A stretch of DNA of 60,674 nucleotides, the filler included, from Sanchytrium tribonematis (taxonomy: Eukaryota): NCBI GenBank assembly GCA_018985235.1. It is 4 parts of 4 records of this genome, joined end to end, with 100 filler letters (N's around TTAATTAATTAA, not from the genome) between each part and the next. Parts side by side here need not be neighbours in the genome. Positions count along the whole stretch, not along the records: positions 30,467 to 45,531 come from JADGIG010000157.1; 3 more parts are not named here. One strand, written 5' to 3'. This document shows, one piece after another, positions 30,578 to 40,897 of the stretch. The position numbers were made by a program, and so were the translations under genes. How positions within the stretch are numbered: position 1 is the first letter of the stretch; each line of letters opens with the position of its first letter. The notes beneath the pieces are model-generated. The model saw only the letters and a program-made list of their open reading frames with translations, searched no databases and was not told the origin of the DNA.

Positions 30578-31678
30578 TTATTGTTGCTGAATCATATATC
30601 GATAAAGCATATCCATATTTTCTTGAGTTGCTTGAGTGATGGCTTGTAAATTAATTTTAAATTTGCCCCAAATTACGAGAATGTTGGAATCTGACCAGAT
30701 GAAATATGGAAATGCCTCTTGTTGTATTTGAATCAGCCAATAAATTCTTTGTAAATTATTTTCTTGAATGGCTGTAGATAATTTTAAATCAAATAATCCC
30801 ATTAAATCTTCTTCTTTTTTCAAAATGAAACCTGGTTGCATCAACACCTCATATAAATGAGTGAAATTATGTGTTTTTAATGATGTTTTCACTGCTTCCT
30901 GTAAAGCATTTGGATATTTCACAAATCGTTCAAAATATCTCATTACAATTTTTTTTACGCCAAAAGTCATTTTCCAATTGTAATTATTAAACAAACATGC
31001 ATGAATCCAATTGTATCCTCTATATGATTTTACTACATTATAGATGTAGATTTTATTCTTTCCAAGCATTTTAATACATTTATCAATTGTAAAATGTCGT
31101 TTGTAAACATCATAAACTGGTTGGAGCACATTATCTGTTACAAATAGACTCGACTCTTCGTACATTGGAATATTGAAGAGTAACTCTTTAGCTTTATCTA
31201 CTTCTTTATATTGACTACCATTTTCACCAATCAAGTTTTTAAAGAAATAAGCAAATTGATTTTTACATGTGTAAAAATTGTTCGTCATACCATGTTTTAA
31301 TGCACCTAATACATTTATATCCATAAAATTGTCTTGGTAATGTTCAAATACCTCACAATCATAAATAAATCCATGCATTTTCAACAATTCCCCGGCAATT
31401 TTCAAGAATCTAAAACTGTCTAAAAAATTAAGTAAATTTTTCATCTCTTCTCTAATATCTACTTTCAATTTATGTTCTACTGAATTCAATGTATTTAATC
31501 CAAAAACAACTGCATTTACAATGTATTGAAAAGGCACATTTTGATGACTTTTAATAAAGTTGGAATTTGCAATAAATTCATCAACATATTCAACTGGATT
31601 TTCACTGACTGGAATGAAATTGGTTTTAAATTGGATAGGCGTCAAAGTTGCGAATGCATTCCAAAATAAAATCAACAT
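30578..31678 (-). CDS. Putative secreted protein, tandem family copy 1 (likely start MLILFWNAFA)
   Basis: Shares ALKHGMT.NF..CK.QF..FF.NLI, Y.GY.WI..CL, L..PGFIL and RIYWL with copies 2 and 3. The ATG follows CTCCTTGAA as in copy 2. Confidence 0.75.
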   Translation of the reverse strand: MLILFWNAFATLTPIQFKTNFIPVSENPVEYVDEFIANSNFIKSHQNVPFQYIVNAVVFGLNTLNSVEHKLKVDIREEMKNLLNFLDSFRFLKIAGELLKMHGFIYDCEVFEHYQDNFMDINVLGALKHGMTNNFYTCKNQFAYFFKNLIGENGSQYKEVDKAKELLFNIPMYEESSLFVTDNVLQPVYDVYKRHFTIDKCIKMLGKNKIYIYNVVKSYRGYNWIHACLFNNYNWKMTFGVKKIVMRYFERFVKYPNALQEAVKTSLKTHNFTHLYEVLMQPGFILKKEEDLMGLFDLKLSTAIQENNLQRIYWLIQIQQEAFPYFIWSDSNILVIWGKFKINLQAITQATQENMDMLYRYMIQQQ

Positions 31679-31878
31679 TTCAAGGAGAATAGACCTTTGC
31701 TTTTGATTTGCCAAATTTCTCCTTGTACAACGATTTAAAACAGCATTGTGTGACAAAATTGATTCGATCTGATTGCTCATTTGATACAGAATCGGAATGA
31801 TGCAATTTGCATCAAGATATTTGATTTCTCGATCATAAATTGTTGCAGCACAAACTAAATCAATTTGATTGAATTTAT

Positions 31879-32988
31879 TTAAGCTACCTGCATGACGGAA
31901 CCCCAAAAATTAGCCAACATCATTTGTTTTAAGTTAATCCAGTCGAGACTGCTGATTTGATTCACACTAATTTGCAGTCGATTCTTTATAACTTTCACAG
32001 TGATCTTAGATAGTACAGAAACACCAAAATACTCATCAACAATTCGCATTAACCAGTACACTCGCTGATAATCTGTCTTTGCAATTGCTTGTTGCAATTT
32101 TTCATCAATTCGATCTTTCAACCCCTCTTTTCTCATTAAAATAAATCCTGGCTCTGTCAACACAATCAATAAAGGCGTAAAATCATTAAATTCCTTAGAT
32201 AAACTATAAGCATCGATTAAAACATTTTCGTATTTCATCATAAATTGCAAATATCTGCTTAATACATAATAGACATCTCGAATCATTTCATTATTATTTG
32301 GATTCCCTACTAAACAATTATAAATCCAATCATAGCCATTATAGACTTTCAGCAGATTAAAGAAATAAGTTCTAGTGTAAAGAGCACCATTTAAACGCAT
32401 GCTGCAAATATTTGTAATTTTAGAGCGATAATATGAATATACTTCGTCTAATGCATCTTCTTTAGCCAAAAAATGATGTTTATGATGTAAGGGAATGTAT
32501 TGTATGATGTAATTGGCAAATTTATCGATATCGGTGGATGGTCTGGCATTTTTAATCAAATTTTTAAAATATATTACAAATTGATTCTTACAATTTTTAA
32601 AATCAGTAGTCATACCATGTTCAAGTGCCCTAAACACCTTAAATTGATTAAAATATATTTGGAACCCTCTGAACACTTTACAATCCAGGTGAAATTGATC
32701 ATTGTCTAATAAATGATCAGAAACAGATTTCATTAATCCATCCGCCATTAAATGATGTAATACCTTGACAATAGTATTTCTGATGACTATCTTGTCTTCT
32801 AATGAAAATTCAGTGTTTGGATCAACTCCATTAATTCCATTCATAGCGTAAATAATGGATTTGGCAATTACATATGGATTGGTTTGTTGACCGAAGAGAA
32901 TCGCATTCATTTCCGCATTAGATTTGATTAAATAGTTGTCATTTGCTACAGATGCAATTACGAATCCAAAAAAGAATGATAGAAGCAT
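31879..32988 (-). CDS. Putative secreted protein, tandem family copy 2 (likely start MLLSFFFGFVIA)
   Basis: Same family motifs and a hydrophobic N-terminus. Confidence 0.75.
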   Translation of the reverse strand: MLLSFFFGFVIASVANDNYLIKSNAEMNAILFGQQTNPYVIAKSIIYAMNGINGVDPNTEFSLEDKIVIRNTIVKVLHHLMADGLMKSVSDHLLDNDQFHLDCKVFRGFQIYFNQFKVFRALEHGMTTDFKNCKNQFVIYFKNLIKNARPSTDIDKFANYIIQYIPLHHKHHFLAKEDALDEVYSYYRSKITNICSMRLNGALYTRTYFFNLLKVYNGYDWIYNCLVGNPNNNEMIRDVYYVLSRYLQFMMKYENVLIDAYSLSKEFNDFTPLLIVLTEPGFILMRKEGLKDRIDEKLQQAIAKTDYQRVYWLMRIVDEYFGVSVLSKITVKVIKNRLQISVNQISSLDWINLKQMMLANFWGSVMQVA

Positions 32989-33084
32989 TTCAAGGAGAAC
33001 AACATCGCACTTTGTGATTAGCCGAACACCCCTTTGTACAACAATGTGAGACATTTGAAATCAATCTAAAGAAATTCAATTGAT

Positions 33085-34101
33085 TTATTTACTTCCAAGC
33101 GTGTTGTCTTTAAATGAATTCATTTCTTCATTTGTAAAAGTATGAACACTTTTTCCAAAAAATCGAGACAAATGAATATTTGTAAACACTTCTCTGACGA
33201 TTCTAACTAGCCAATAAATTCTCAAATTATCTCCCTTTTTAATTGCAAGACTCATTCGATCATTTACTAGATTCTCTAAATGCTCATATGTCATTAAAAT
33301 GAAACCTGGTTCTGTGAGCACCACATACAAATGCATGTAATTATCTCTATTTTTAGAAATATCTCTTGCAGCTTGTAAAACTTTCCAATAAGTGACAAAC
33401 CGGTGAAAATAGTTAAATATTAAACTATGGACTGTAAGAATCATTTTCTTGTTCTTGTTATCCGCTAAACATTTAATAATCCATTCATATCCTTTGTAAA
33501 CTTTTACGAGATTGTACAATTGAATCATTTGCAAACCTGCCAGTTTTTGACAAGGAGGTGAAAAATGTTTGTAAAATGAAAGGGCATTTTCGAGAGATTT
33601 TTCAGGTTGAAATAGACTACCAAGGTCGTTCTTTAATTGGTACATTGGTACATGAATCAATATATACGCAGCAGTAGTCAGTTGATCCTGGTTGTCCGCT
33701 ATTGGTTTTTCACCAATTATACTTTCGAAAAAATAGGCAAATGTATCTTTACATGAATCGAAATGGTTTGTCATACCATGTTTTAACGCTTGAAATACTT
33801 TAGAATTAATAAAGTGATCTCTATATGGTTCAAATAGATTGCAATCGTATTTAAAATCAGGATTCTTTAATAGCTCTAACGCTACTGATCTCATCAATTG
33901 GTGTTTTTCTAGACGTGATAGAATGGTTTTAAGTAAGTTCGGGATCTGATCTGATGTGCTTGATTTAACATTTGACTCATATATCCCAATGAATCTAATA
34001 ATAGTCTGAGAAGCGAGAACTGGATTTAATAATGGAACAGATTCTGACTGTGGGAGAGAAGCAGTGACAGATAGAACAACAAAAAACAGAAGTACAGACT
34101 T
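33085..34101 (-). pseudogene. Tandem family copy 3: open frame with signal-peptide-like N-terminus but no in-frame ATG ahead of it
   Basis: The frame is open from 34101 (KSVLLFFVVLSVTASLPQ...) to 33085. The first in-frame ATG is at 33894. Family motifs are intact. Confidence 0.5.
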
Positions 34102-34247
34102 TCAGTATGTGATTTGTCGAATATCCCCCGTGTACTACGATTTGAGACATGACAATTTGATCTTTTAATGGTTAGACACAATTACTGATTGCAATTTAAT
34201 ACTCTCATCTCTTCCATTCAAAAAATAATTTCCAGGAGAAGCGACGT

Positions 34248-35810
34248 ATGTCACAAATATTTCAAATTGCATTTGCCCTCTCTCTTCTACTCTTTTTGAC
34301 CATTATAAATTACCAATCCACAACTCATCATAGCATGGAAATGGAATTGCCCACTATCAAACCCCCTTTATGTCCATTTATCAAAAATGCATTTTCATTC
34401 CATTTCCCAGATTTAAATTATTATCAGCATGAACCCTATAGTAATATCCACATGCAACCCACTCATGAACCACATACCATGACAATGGCACTCAGACAAC
34501 CACTTATTCGCGCTCAAATGCAATTTACTGCACTTTTACCCAAAGAAATGCCATTTGAATGCCATTTTAATCCATTAAATATGACTAGCAAGGTATCTAT
34601 TTGGAATAGTCATCATCATGAACGCATATTTACTGCTGTAATCACTTGTGAATTGCATATTTTATTAGTAAATGCCACCATGAAAATCAACAATGATGTG
34701 GTCAAATATACATTTGATGAAGAGTATGAGATGCCTGAACATGTCATGACATTTAATGACTTAATTAAATTGACTGAAATGCATTTAAATGACTGTTTAA
34801 TAGAAATTCCAAAATTGCCAATGACCACTTATCATTTCTTAATTCATCAAATATTCCCATATAAAGTAGTAGAACATTCTATTAAATCTCCATTTATTCA
34901 TGATATCAGTATTTGCATGTCCCCATTACGCGGATTAATCCCATATTTAGCAGAATTCTTTGAATATTATTTATTAATGGGAATTGATCATTTCTACATT
35001 TACAATCATGAACTAGTACCGGAAACACTAAATCTCATTCAATTTTATGTCGATAGAGGTCTAGCCACCCTCATTGAATGGGAAGCAGATCGAAAAGGAT
35101 GGTATTTTTATCAAGCAGCAGCCAATAATGAATGTATCTTCAATTATCGACATTATAGTAAATATCTCATGTTTGTAGACCCTGATGAATTCATTAAATT
35201 AGAGAATATGGATCTTAAACAATTATTACGCCAATTTGAAAAGAATTCTAGATTTGATATTTTAGTTGAAATTGAGTTTCTAAATTGGTTTTATTCTACT
35301 CAAATTGATGTCAAATATCAACAACAACATATGTCATTGGATATTCAGTCCATTCATGGCTATAAACAAGTAATTGAGAAATCATTAATTCATGCATCTT
35401 CAAACAGTGTCACAAATACAAAATGGACACGATTTAAATCAATTGTGACTCTAATGAGCTATAAATTAAAAGAACCAATGAAAAATAGAAAGAAATTCAT
35501 TGCCAAATCCATGTTAGTTCATGAAACACAAATTCATAAAGCATTGCCTTATCATTACACGCGTAAATATGAATTACCCGTAGAAATGGGATATATTATG
35601 CATTTTAGAGAATTAAATGGGGGTCAATTTGGTAGTAAATATGCAGAAATGAAGGATTATATGAAAATTATTCAACATGTGGATAATTTAGAGTCATTTG
35701 AATTGGGGAATATAAAGACATTGGAACATACTTGGTTATTTAGTAAAAGAAAGACATTAATGGAGAGATTAATGGCCGTGCAACAAGCTTATACAAAGTG
35801 GGTTCAATAA
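34248..35810 (+). CDS. Glycosyltransferase family 92 (DUF23)-like type II membrane protein
   Basis: N-terminal TM segment, ISICMSPL....YLAEFFEYYLLMGIDHFYIYN, QAAANNECI, MFVDPDEFI (DxD) and K.I...IH. Confidence 0.8.
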   Translation: MSQIFQIAFALSLLLFLTIINYQSTTHHSMEMELPTIKPPLCPFIKNAFSFHFPDLNYYQHEPYSNIHMQPTHEPHTMTMALRQPLIRAQMQFTALLPKEMPFECHFNPLNMTSKVSIWNSHHHERIFTAVITCELHILLVNATMKINNDVVKYTFDEEYEMPEHVMTFNDLIKLTEMHLNDCLIEIPKLPMTTYHFLIHQIFPYKVVEHSIKSPFIHDISICMSPLRGLIPYLAEFFEYYLLMGIDHFYIYNHELVPETLNLIQFYVDRGLATLIEWEADRKGWYFYQAAANNECIFNYRHYSKYLMFVDPDEFIKLENMDLKQLLRQFEKNSRFDILVEIEFLNWFYSTQIDVKYQQQHMSLDIQSIHGYKQVIEKSLIHASSNSVTNTKWTRFKSIVTLMSYKLKEPMKNRKKFIAKSMLVHETQIHKALPYHYTRKYELPVEMGYIMHFRELNGGQFGSKYAEMKDYMKIIQHVDNLESFELGNIKTLEHTWLFSKRKTLMERLMAVQQAYTKWVQ

Positions 35811-35820
35811 AATATTTAAT

Positions 35821-36201
35821 TTATAATCTTCCGGATTTAAGAAGTTCATAGTAACGAGGATGATCTATGCGATATTGGTCCAGATCAACAATCAACTGCT
35901 TAATTACTTGATTCCACGTCTTTTTCTGCCCTGTAATTTCATCCTCATGAGTCAGATCAATTAGATATTTTGATTGATGAACAACTTGCACATAAAACAA
36001 GTTCTTAGCAAATTGACTTGTTTCTTTTATCAAATTTTCCATGGTAAGTGAGTTTTTTTCAGTGACTGTTTTTCTTGTTGTATCAACTAGTTGAAATGAC
36101 CAACTTCGTTCATCCGAGCGGCTCGGATGAAAACTCAGACGTTGTTTCTTGGATCCAAAGATGAATGTATTTATAAGCATCCGTGATTGTAATATCAGCA
36201 T
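35821..36201 (-). CDS. Hypothetical protein
   Basis: ORF of about 126 codons converging 10 nt from the GT92 stop. Start uncertain. Confidence 0.45.
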   Translation of the reverse strand: MLILQSRMLINTFIFGSKKQRLSFHPSRSDERSWSFQLVDTTRKTVTEKNSLTMENLIKETSQFAKNLFYVQVVHQSKYLIDLTHEDEITGQKKTWNQVIKQLIVDLDQYRIDHPRYYELLKSGRL

Positions 36202-36449
36202 AAGCAAAAAACAAACTCAACAATGCAAACAACATACAGAAATTGGTTCGATGGCTATTTATGTCTTTGATTATCCCCCTATATCTCCAAGGAGTACAAT
36301 CGAGCCAATAGATAGTATTTGACTATTTAGCAGCGGTGACACAAGCAAATGAATACAATACATGGGTCAAATCCATTCCCATTTGACTCGTATTATTCTG
36401 TTGCAAGTAGGAGAAGATTTCAAATCAAAACTATTCCATATATTCTAAT

Positions 36450-37304
36450 TTATTGCAATGTAGCAGTACTCATTCGACCATCCTTAATCACTACAGTCAC
36501 TGTATCTCCATTTAATGCCATATTTTGCATTTTGCCATTTGTGTGATACCAATTTTGACCATTTTCATCTCCACAAATTAATACGCCTTTTAATGACACA
36601 CCGCATAAATGAACATTGCTTAATGCAATATCCGTAAATTTGAATTTGAGAGTATCAATGGATTTCCATGATGGGGCATCATCAGTCACATTTTCAGTAC
36701 ATACCAATTGAGATCCCATTGTAGAGACTGCACAGGCACGATTTTGATAAATAGCAACACTAGTCATATATCCCTGTTGTTTTTTAAAGTCGGATGATCC
36801 AAATTTGGCAGTATAAAGCTCATTATTGGAATTAATGGCAATGATAAAACTATTTGAGATTTCTACGGATTTGTAGTTGCTGTCTATTTTAGACCATTGC
36901 GCATCATTGATATCATCAGCATATACCAAATGATCATCTCTATCGATTCCGACTACTTTTTTGCCATCAGAATCCAATGAAATGTATTTTAAATAACCTG
37001 TTTTAAGATCCCATTTTTTGGATTCTTTACATAAGCAATAAATGCAGCCATCTTGAGTGATACCACATTGTAAATCACCACCTGATGTGACTTGTTTAAA
37101 TGTATTTGGGGGTGTTTGAATGTGCCATCCAACTTGCTTCTTTTCAGTTGCATTTGCTTCTGGATCATCCGCATATGCATTTGGATCATATGCATTGTCT
37201 ACTTTAGGAGCATACGCATTCTTGACATCGGGCACATAAGCATTGTCTACGTTTGGGACGTATGAGTTGTCTACTGGAGCTGAGAAAATTGTAGTAAAGA
37301 TCAT
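36450..37304 (-). CDS. Tectonin-like beta-propeller lectin with an N-terminal 8-aa repeat, putatively secreted
   Basis: Repeating W..I.G.LK.IS...V.G(I/V)...(L/I)Y blades and VDN(S/A)Y(V/A/D)P(N/D/K) x4. Confidence 0.7.
   Translation of the reverse strand: MIFTTIFSAPVDNSYVPNVDNAYVPDVKNAYAPKVDNAYDPNAYADDPEANATEKKQVGWHIQTPPNTFKQVTSGGDLQCGITQDGCIYCLCKESKKWDLKTGYLKYISLDSDGKKVVGIDRDDHLVYADDINDAQWSKIDSNYKSVEISNSFIIAINSNNELYTAKFGSSDFKKQQGYMTSVAIYQNRACAVSTMGSQLVCTENVTDDAPSWKSIDTLKFKFTDIALSNVHLCGVSLKGVLICGDENGQNWYHTNGKMQNMALNGDTVTVVIKDGRMSTATLQ
37170..37275. repeat. Degenerate 24-bp tandem repeat encoding VDNAYVPx units
   Basis: Four units are visible in the DNA and in the protein. Confidence 0.75.
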
Positions 37305-37495
37305 CTTTTATTGTAAAAGGAATAGAGGGAATTTATAGTCTGATAATTTACTGTGATTGGTCATCATAGGATCCGTAGACCTGTTTGTTAAACTCCATTG
37401 GATTCTAAGCAATTGATTTCCTTGGGGATTCTGAGTTTGATCTTGAGTTTTGAAAATTATTTTGCCAAATTTGCCATGATCTCTCCAAGTTTCGT

Positions 37496-38674
37496 ATGAC
37501 ATCCCCACCAGTGAATGACAAAGATCCAATGTATTTTGGATATTATGGTCAAATGCAACATCAACAAAACATGTTATCAGATCATATTAGAACATCCACG
37601 TATCACAATGCCATTTTAAGCAACAAAGCAGTCTTTCAAGATGCCATTGTAATGGATTTGGGTGCTGGTAGTGGCATATTGAGCTATTTTGCAGTACAAG
37701 CAGGTGCTAAAATGGTATATGCTGTAGAAGCTAGCCCATCCCATCACAAAATACAAGCCATGTTGGACTGTAAAGATAAAAATGAATATTTACAGAATAA
37801 AATCACCATTATCCCATGTAAAATAGAAGATGCACAAAAATACAATATTCCTCAAGTAGATGTTCTCATTAGTGAACCCATTGGCGTCTTAATCTTCCAT
37901 GAAAGAATGATTGAATCGTATTTATTTGCGCGTGATCATTATTTGAAATCTGATGGTCATATCCTCCCAAATCAATCCAATCTATTCTTTAGTCCGTATA
38001 CAGATGCCACATTATATAGTGAGACCCTCCAAAAAGCACGATTTTGGGAGAATTCCAATTTTTACAATGTTGATTTCTCACCATTATTCAATGATGCCAA
38101 ATTAGAATCATTTAGAATGCCAGTCGTAGGCGCATTTGACTCTAAATGTCTATTAAGTGACTCACAATCTACTCTTTTTGATTTCAAATCCATGAAATCC
38201 CCATTAAACCTCCAATTTAAATTACAATTTAAAATGAATTATACGGGGTTATGCCATGGTATTTCTAGCTGGTTTGACTTGGTATTTCATCCCACCAATG
38301 GCCAATACATCCACATGAATACTGGTCCACAATACGCCACCACACACTGGCAACAAATCAGATTCCAATTCCAATCCCCAATCGCAGTCAATAAAAATCA
38401 AGTATTACACGGATGGATTAGAATGAGAGTCAATGAACATCGATCCTATACAATGATTGGTCAATTCGGATTAGATGCATCTGAATTAGAAGATCCAGAT
38501 TGTTTTGAAATTGAGAATTTGAGTATTTCTCATAAATCTCATAAATCTAGTAAAACTAGTGAACATACGCAGCGTACACAAGTATGGTATTTGCATGAAC
38601 AGAATTTTAATTATTCATTTAATTATTCACAGCCACCAGAGTATTTTCCAGAATATCAATGCATGTATGAATAA
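37496..38674 (+). CDS. CARM1: Protein arginine methyltransferase, CARM1/PRMT4 type
   Basis: YFGYYGQMQHQQNMLSDHIRT..Y..AIL, DLGAGSGILS, ISEPIG..IFHERMIESY and THWQQIR. Confidence 0.85.
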   Translation: MTSPPVNDKDPMYFGYYGQMQHQQNMLSDHIRTSTYHNAILSNKAVFQDAIVMDLGAGSGILSYFAVQAGAKMVYAVEASPSHHKIQAMLDCKDKNEYLQNKITIIPCKIEDAQKYNIPQVDVLISEPIGVLIFHERMIESYLFARDHYLKSDGHILPNQSNLFFSPYTDATLYSETLQKARFWENSNFYNVDFSPLFNDAKLESFRMPVVGAFDSKCLLSDSQSTLFDFKSMKSPLNLQFKLQFKMNYTGLCHGISSWFDLVFHPTNGQYIHMNTGPQYATTHWQQIRFQFQSPIAVNKNQVLHGWIRMRVNEHRSYTMIGQFGLDASELEDPDCFEIENLSISHKSHKSSKTSEHTQRTQVWYLHEQNFNYSFNYSQPPEYFPEYQCMYE

Positions 38675-38693
38675 ATTTCAATTTGATATTTTA

Positions 38694-38933
38694 TTAATTT
38701 GGTTTACATGGCGAATCGCAAGTAGTATTTGCACCAGAACCATGACAATTCTGATAACTATTAATGAGGTTACAACTATGAGCATACTTTGTATTGAAAG
38801 TACAACGGCCTGCAATATTATTGATCATGACACAATATGGTGTAGATTTTGGACATTGTGGTTGACAATTTCCACAAACTGGACCAGATGGTTGAAATGC
38901 AGCAGCAAATGTAAATAATAATGTGAAAATCAT
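38694..38933 (-). CDS. Small secreted cysteine-rich peptide (79 aa, 9 Cys)
   Basis: MIFTLLFTFAAA signal-like segment followed by a Cys-rich mature region. Confidence 0.7.
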   Translation of the reverse strand: MIFTLLFTFAAAFQPSGPVCGNCQPQCPKSTPYCVMINNIAGRCTFNTKYAHSCNLINSYQNCHGSGANTTCDSPCKPN

Positions 38934-39220
38934 TTTGCATTGAGATGAGATTTGGTTTAAATACGCTTTGAAATGACTTTGTACAAAAGTCATTGGCTGA
39001 TAAATTAATTTAAAATTAAATTTAAGTGGAGATTGGTACTTATTATAGTACTGATGATCACAAGACTTGTGATTGTCCCATTTAGCAGTTACTACTAGAC
39101 TGTCTCAACACGTGTCTTTTTACTTCCGATCTAAAGCCACTTTGAGCCATTAATCCAGCGTGGACCAATAGATGATTGAATTCTATGTATAAATTTGACG
39201 CGCTACTTTTGATTGCGTAA

Positions 39221-40402
39221 ATGCTCGTCATGTCATTCATTCAAATGACCCATGGTATCACAGATTGCGATTTATTGACTCAATTTGCATCCAATTTGAA
39301 TGTATCCAGTGCATTAATGACTCAAATCAATAACAATTGCTGTACGGGTATTGTGACAGGTGTTACATGCAATAGTGGTCAAATTACAGTAATTGACTGG
39401 TCCAATAAGAATTTAACTGGATTTATTGATGGAAATATGATTCCACGTGGTTTGACGACATTAAACTTGAAATTGAATAAAATACAGGGATTATATCCAG
39501 TCAATGTACCAGATACGATTAGAAATTTAGATTTATCTCACAATCAATTGGTTGGTCCTGTTTCAAAGATTCCAAATTCAATCGTGACTTTATTTTTGAG
39601 TCAAAACAAATTGAATGGGTCATTTCCAGTGATTACAGGGCCATTGGTAAATACAGATTGCTCTGATAATCAATTTACGGGTCCATTACCTGCTATTCCT
39701 GCGTCTGTCACCAATTTTGCCATTTCACGCACTTTTATTACTGGCCATATCCCATTTCTTCCAAATATCAATTATTTGTATTTAGCAGATAATTTGATGT
39801 CTGGTGATGTATCTGTGATTCGAGCAGGAATAACAGAGTTTTGGATCCAAAATAATAAATTTGTGGGTGTTTTGACCCTTTCTAGACCCACCAAATTCCA
39901 TGTAGAGTCGAATTTGATTCATGAAATCGTTGTAAGTGATACGACTGCCATTACAGTGTGTAATATTAGCAATAATCCATTGTTAAATAGCACAAGTATT
40001 TTGAATTTGGGTATTTGTACTAAAATCAACTTGTTTGCGTATGTGCCACCACCAGAGATGTCCATGACTGACTCTACTTTGCTGGAAATGCAGACAAATG
40101 CGCCAATTGCAACTCGAAATGTGTTTTACCCTTTGAAATCAACTTCAACTCAAAAAGCAAGCACAAAAACAACACTTACTACGCAGTTACCAGAAATTAC
40201 CACAGAATCATCTGAATCCATTCATCTCGTCAAAATGAATCCAAATGGTCAAGTATTGATTCTATCAGTTGATTATTTAGTGGTCATTATCATTCATGTG
40301 CTGGTAAATGGCTTCTTTTTAGGTATTGTGACTTTGAAGATGCTTCCATTGACTGCAAAAACACGAGTGACTTCAATGGCAATGAAGCGAATGTCGTTGT
40401 GA
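39221..40402 (+). CDS. LRR receptor-like membrane protein
   Basis: Cys-containing N-cap (NCC..GVTC), LxxLxLxxNxLxGxxP repeats, Thr/Ser stalk, C-terminal TM and short tail. Confidence 0.82.
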   Translation: MLVMSFIQMTHGITDCDLLTQFASNLNVSSALMTQINNNCCTGIVTGVTCNSGQITVIDWSNKNLTGFIDGNMIPRGLTTLNLKLNKIQGLYPVNVPDTIRNLDLSHNQLVGPVSKIPNSIVTLFLSQNKLNGSFPVITGPLVNTDCSDNQFTGPLPAIPASVTNFAISRTFITGHIPFLPNINYLYLADNLMSGDVSVIRAGITEFWIQNNKFVGVLTLSRPTKFHVESNLIHEIVVSDTTAITVCNISNNPLLNSTSILNLGICTKINLFAYVPPPEMSMTDSTLLEMQTNAPIATRNVFYPLKSTSTQKASTKTTLTTQLPEITTESSESIHLVKMNPNGQVLILSVDYLVVIIIHVLVNGFFLGIVTLKMLPLTAKTRVTSMAMKRMSL

Positions 40403-40510
40403 AATAAATATCTCTACAATTTTTCTTTTAATTTACAAGCTCTTGCAGTTATTTTGATTGGATCACCAAGCATTCTAAATCTATTTAGTCGTGATCAATC
40501 ATTTTCACAA

Positions 40511-40897
40511 ATGCTGCTCATCTCACTCTTTTTCGCAATTACTTCCAGAATTCCCTTGTACAAACATAAATTAAGTATTTCTTTATATCAAGGCTCTACG
40601 TATTTGTTCTTTATTGACGATAAGCCACAATTGAAAATTCAAAAGAAATCATGGACATTATCAGGACAAACTGACCGCAAAGATCTTGAATTCAAGGCAG
40701 CGTATAATTTTGGGATTTATAAATTTAAAAAGTATTTCAGAGAATATTTACTGGTAAATGACGATGATGTCGTATTTTATACATTCGGATGTCCTAGGAT
40801 TCGTATTTCGACCATTGGAATTGATTTGCATACATTGGTTGATACCGTCTTCGACACAATGATTTCAAAAATGAATTGTTTAGAAAAAATAAAATGA
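40511..40897 (+). CDS. Small putative secreted protein (MLLISLFFAITS...)
   Basis: First ATG followed by a hydrophobic leader. The 3' end overlaps the convergent kinase ORF. Confidence 0.55.
   Translation: MLLISLFFAITSRIPLYKHKLSISLYQGSTYLFFIDDKPQLKIQKKSWTLSGQTDRKDLEFKAAYNFGIYKFKKYFREYLLVNDDDVVFYTFGCPRIRISTIGIDLHTLVDTVFDTMISKMNCLEKIK

Noticed and set aside
31679..31906. N-terminal extensions given by the ORF track (30578..31906, 31879..33054, 43703..44329, 48155..48682)
   Set aside because: Internal ATGs fit better with paralog or ortholog N-termini, leader peptides and the CCTTG element.
34099..34138. Possible 40-nt GT-AG intron that would give paralog 3 the start MSQI-SVLLFFVV
   Set aside because: It is twice the usual length, lacks the T-8/A-6 consensus, and the region aligns with upstream DNA of the sister copies. 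It cannot be fully excluded without cDNA.
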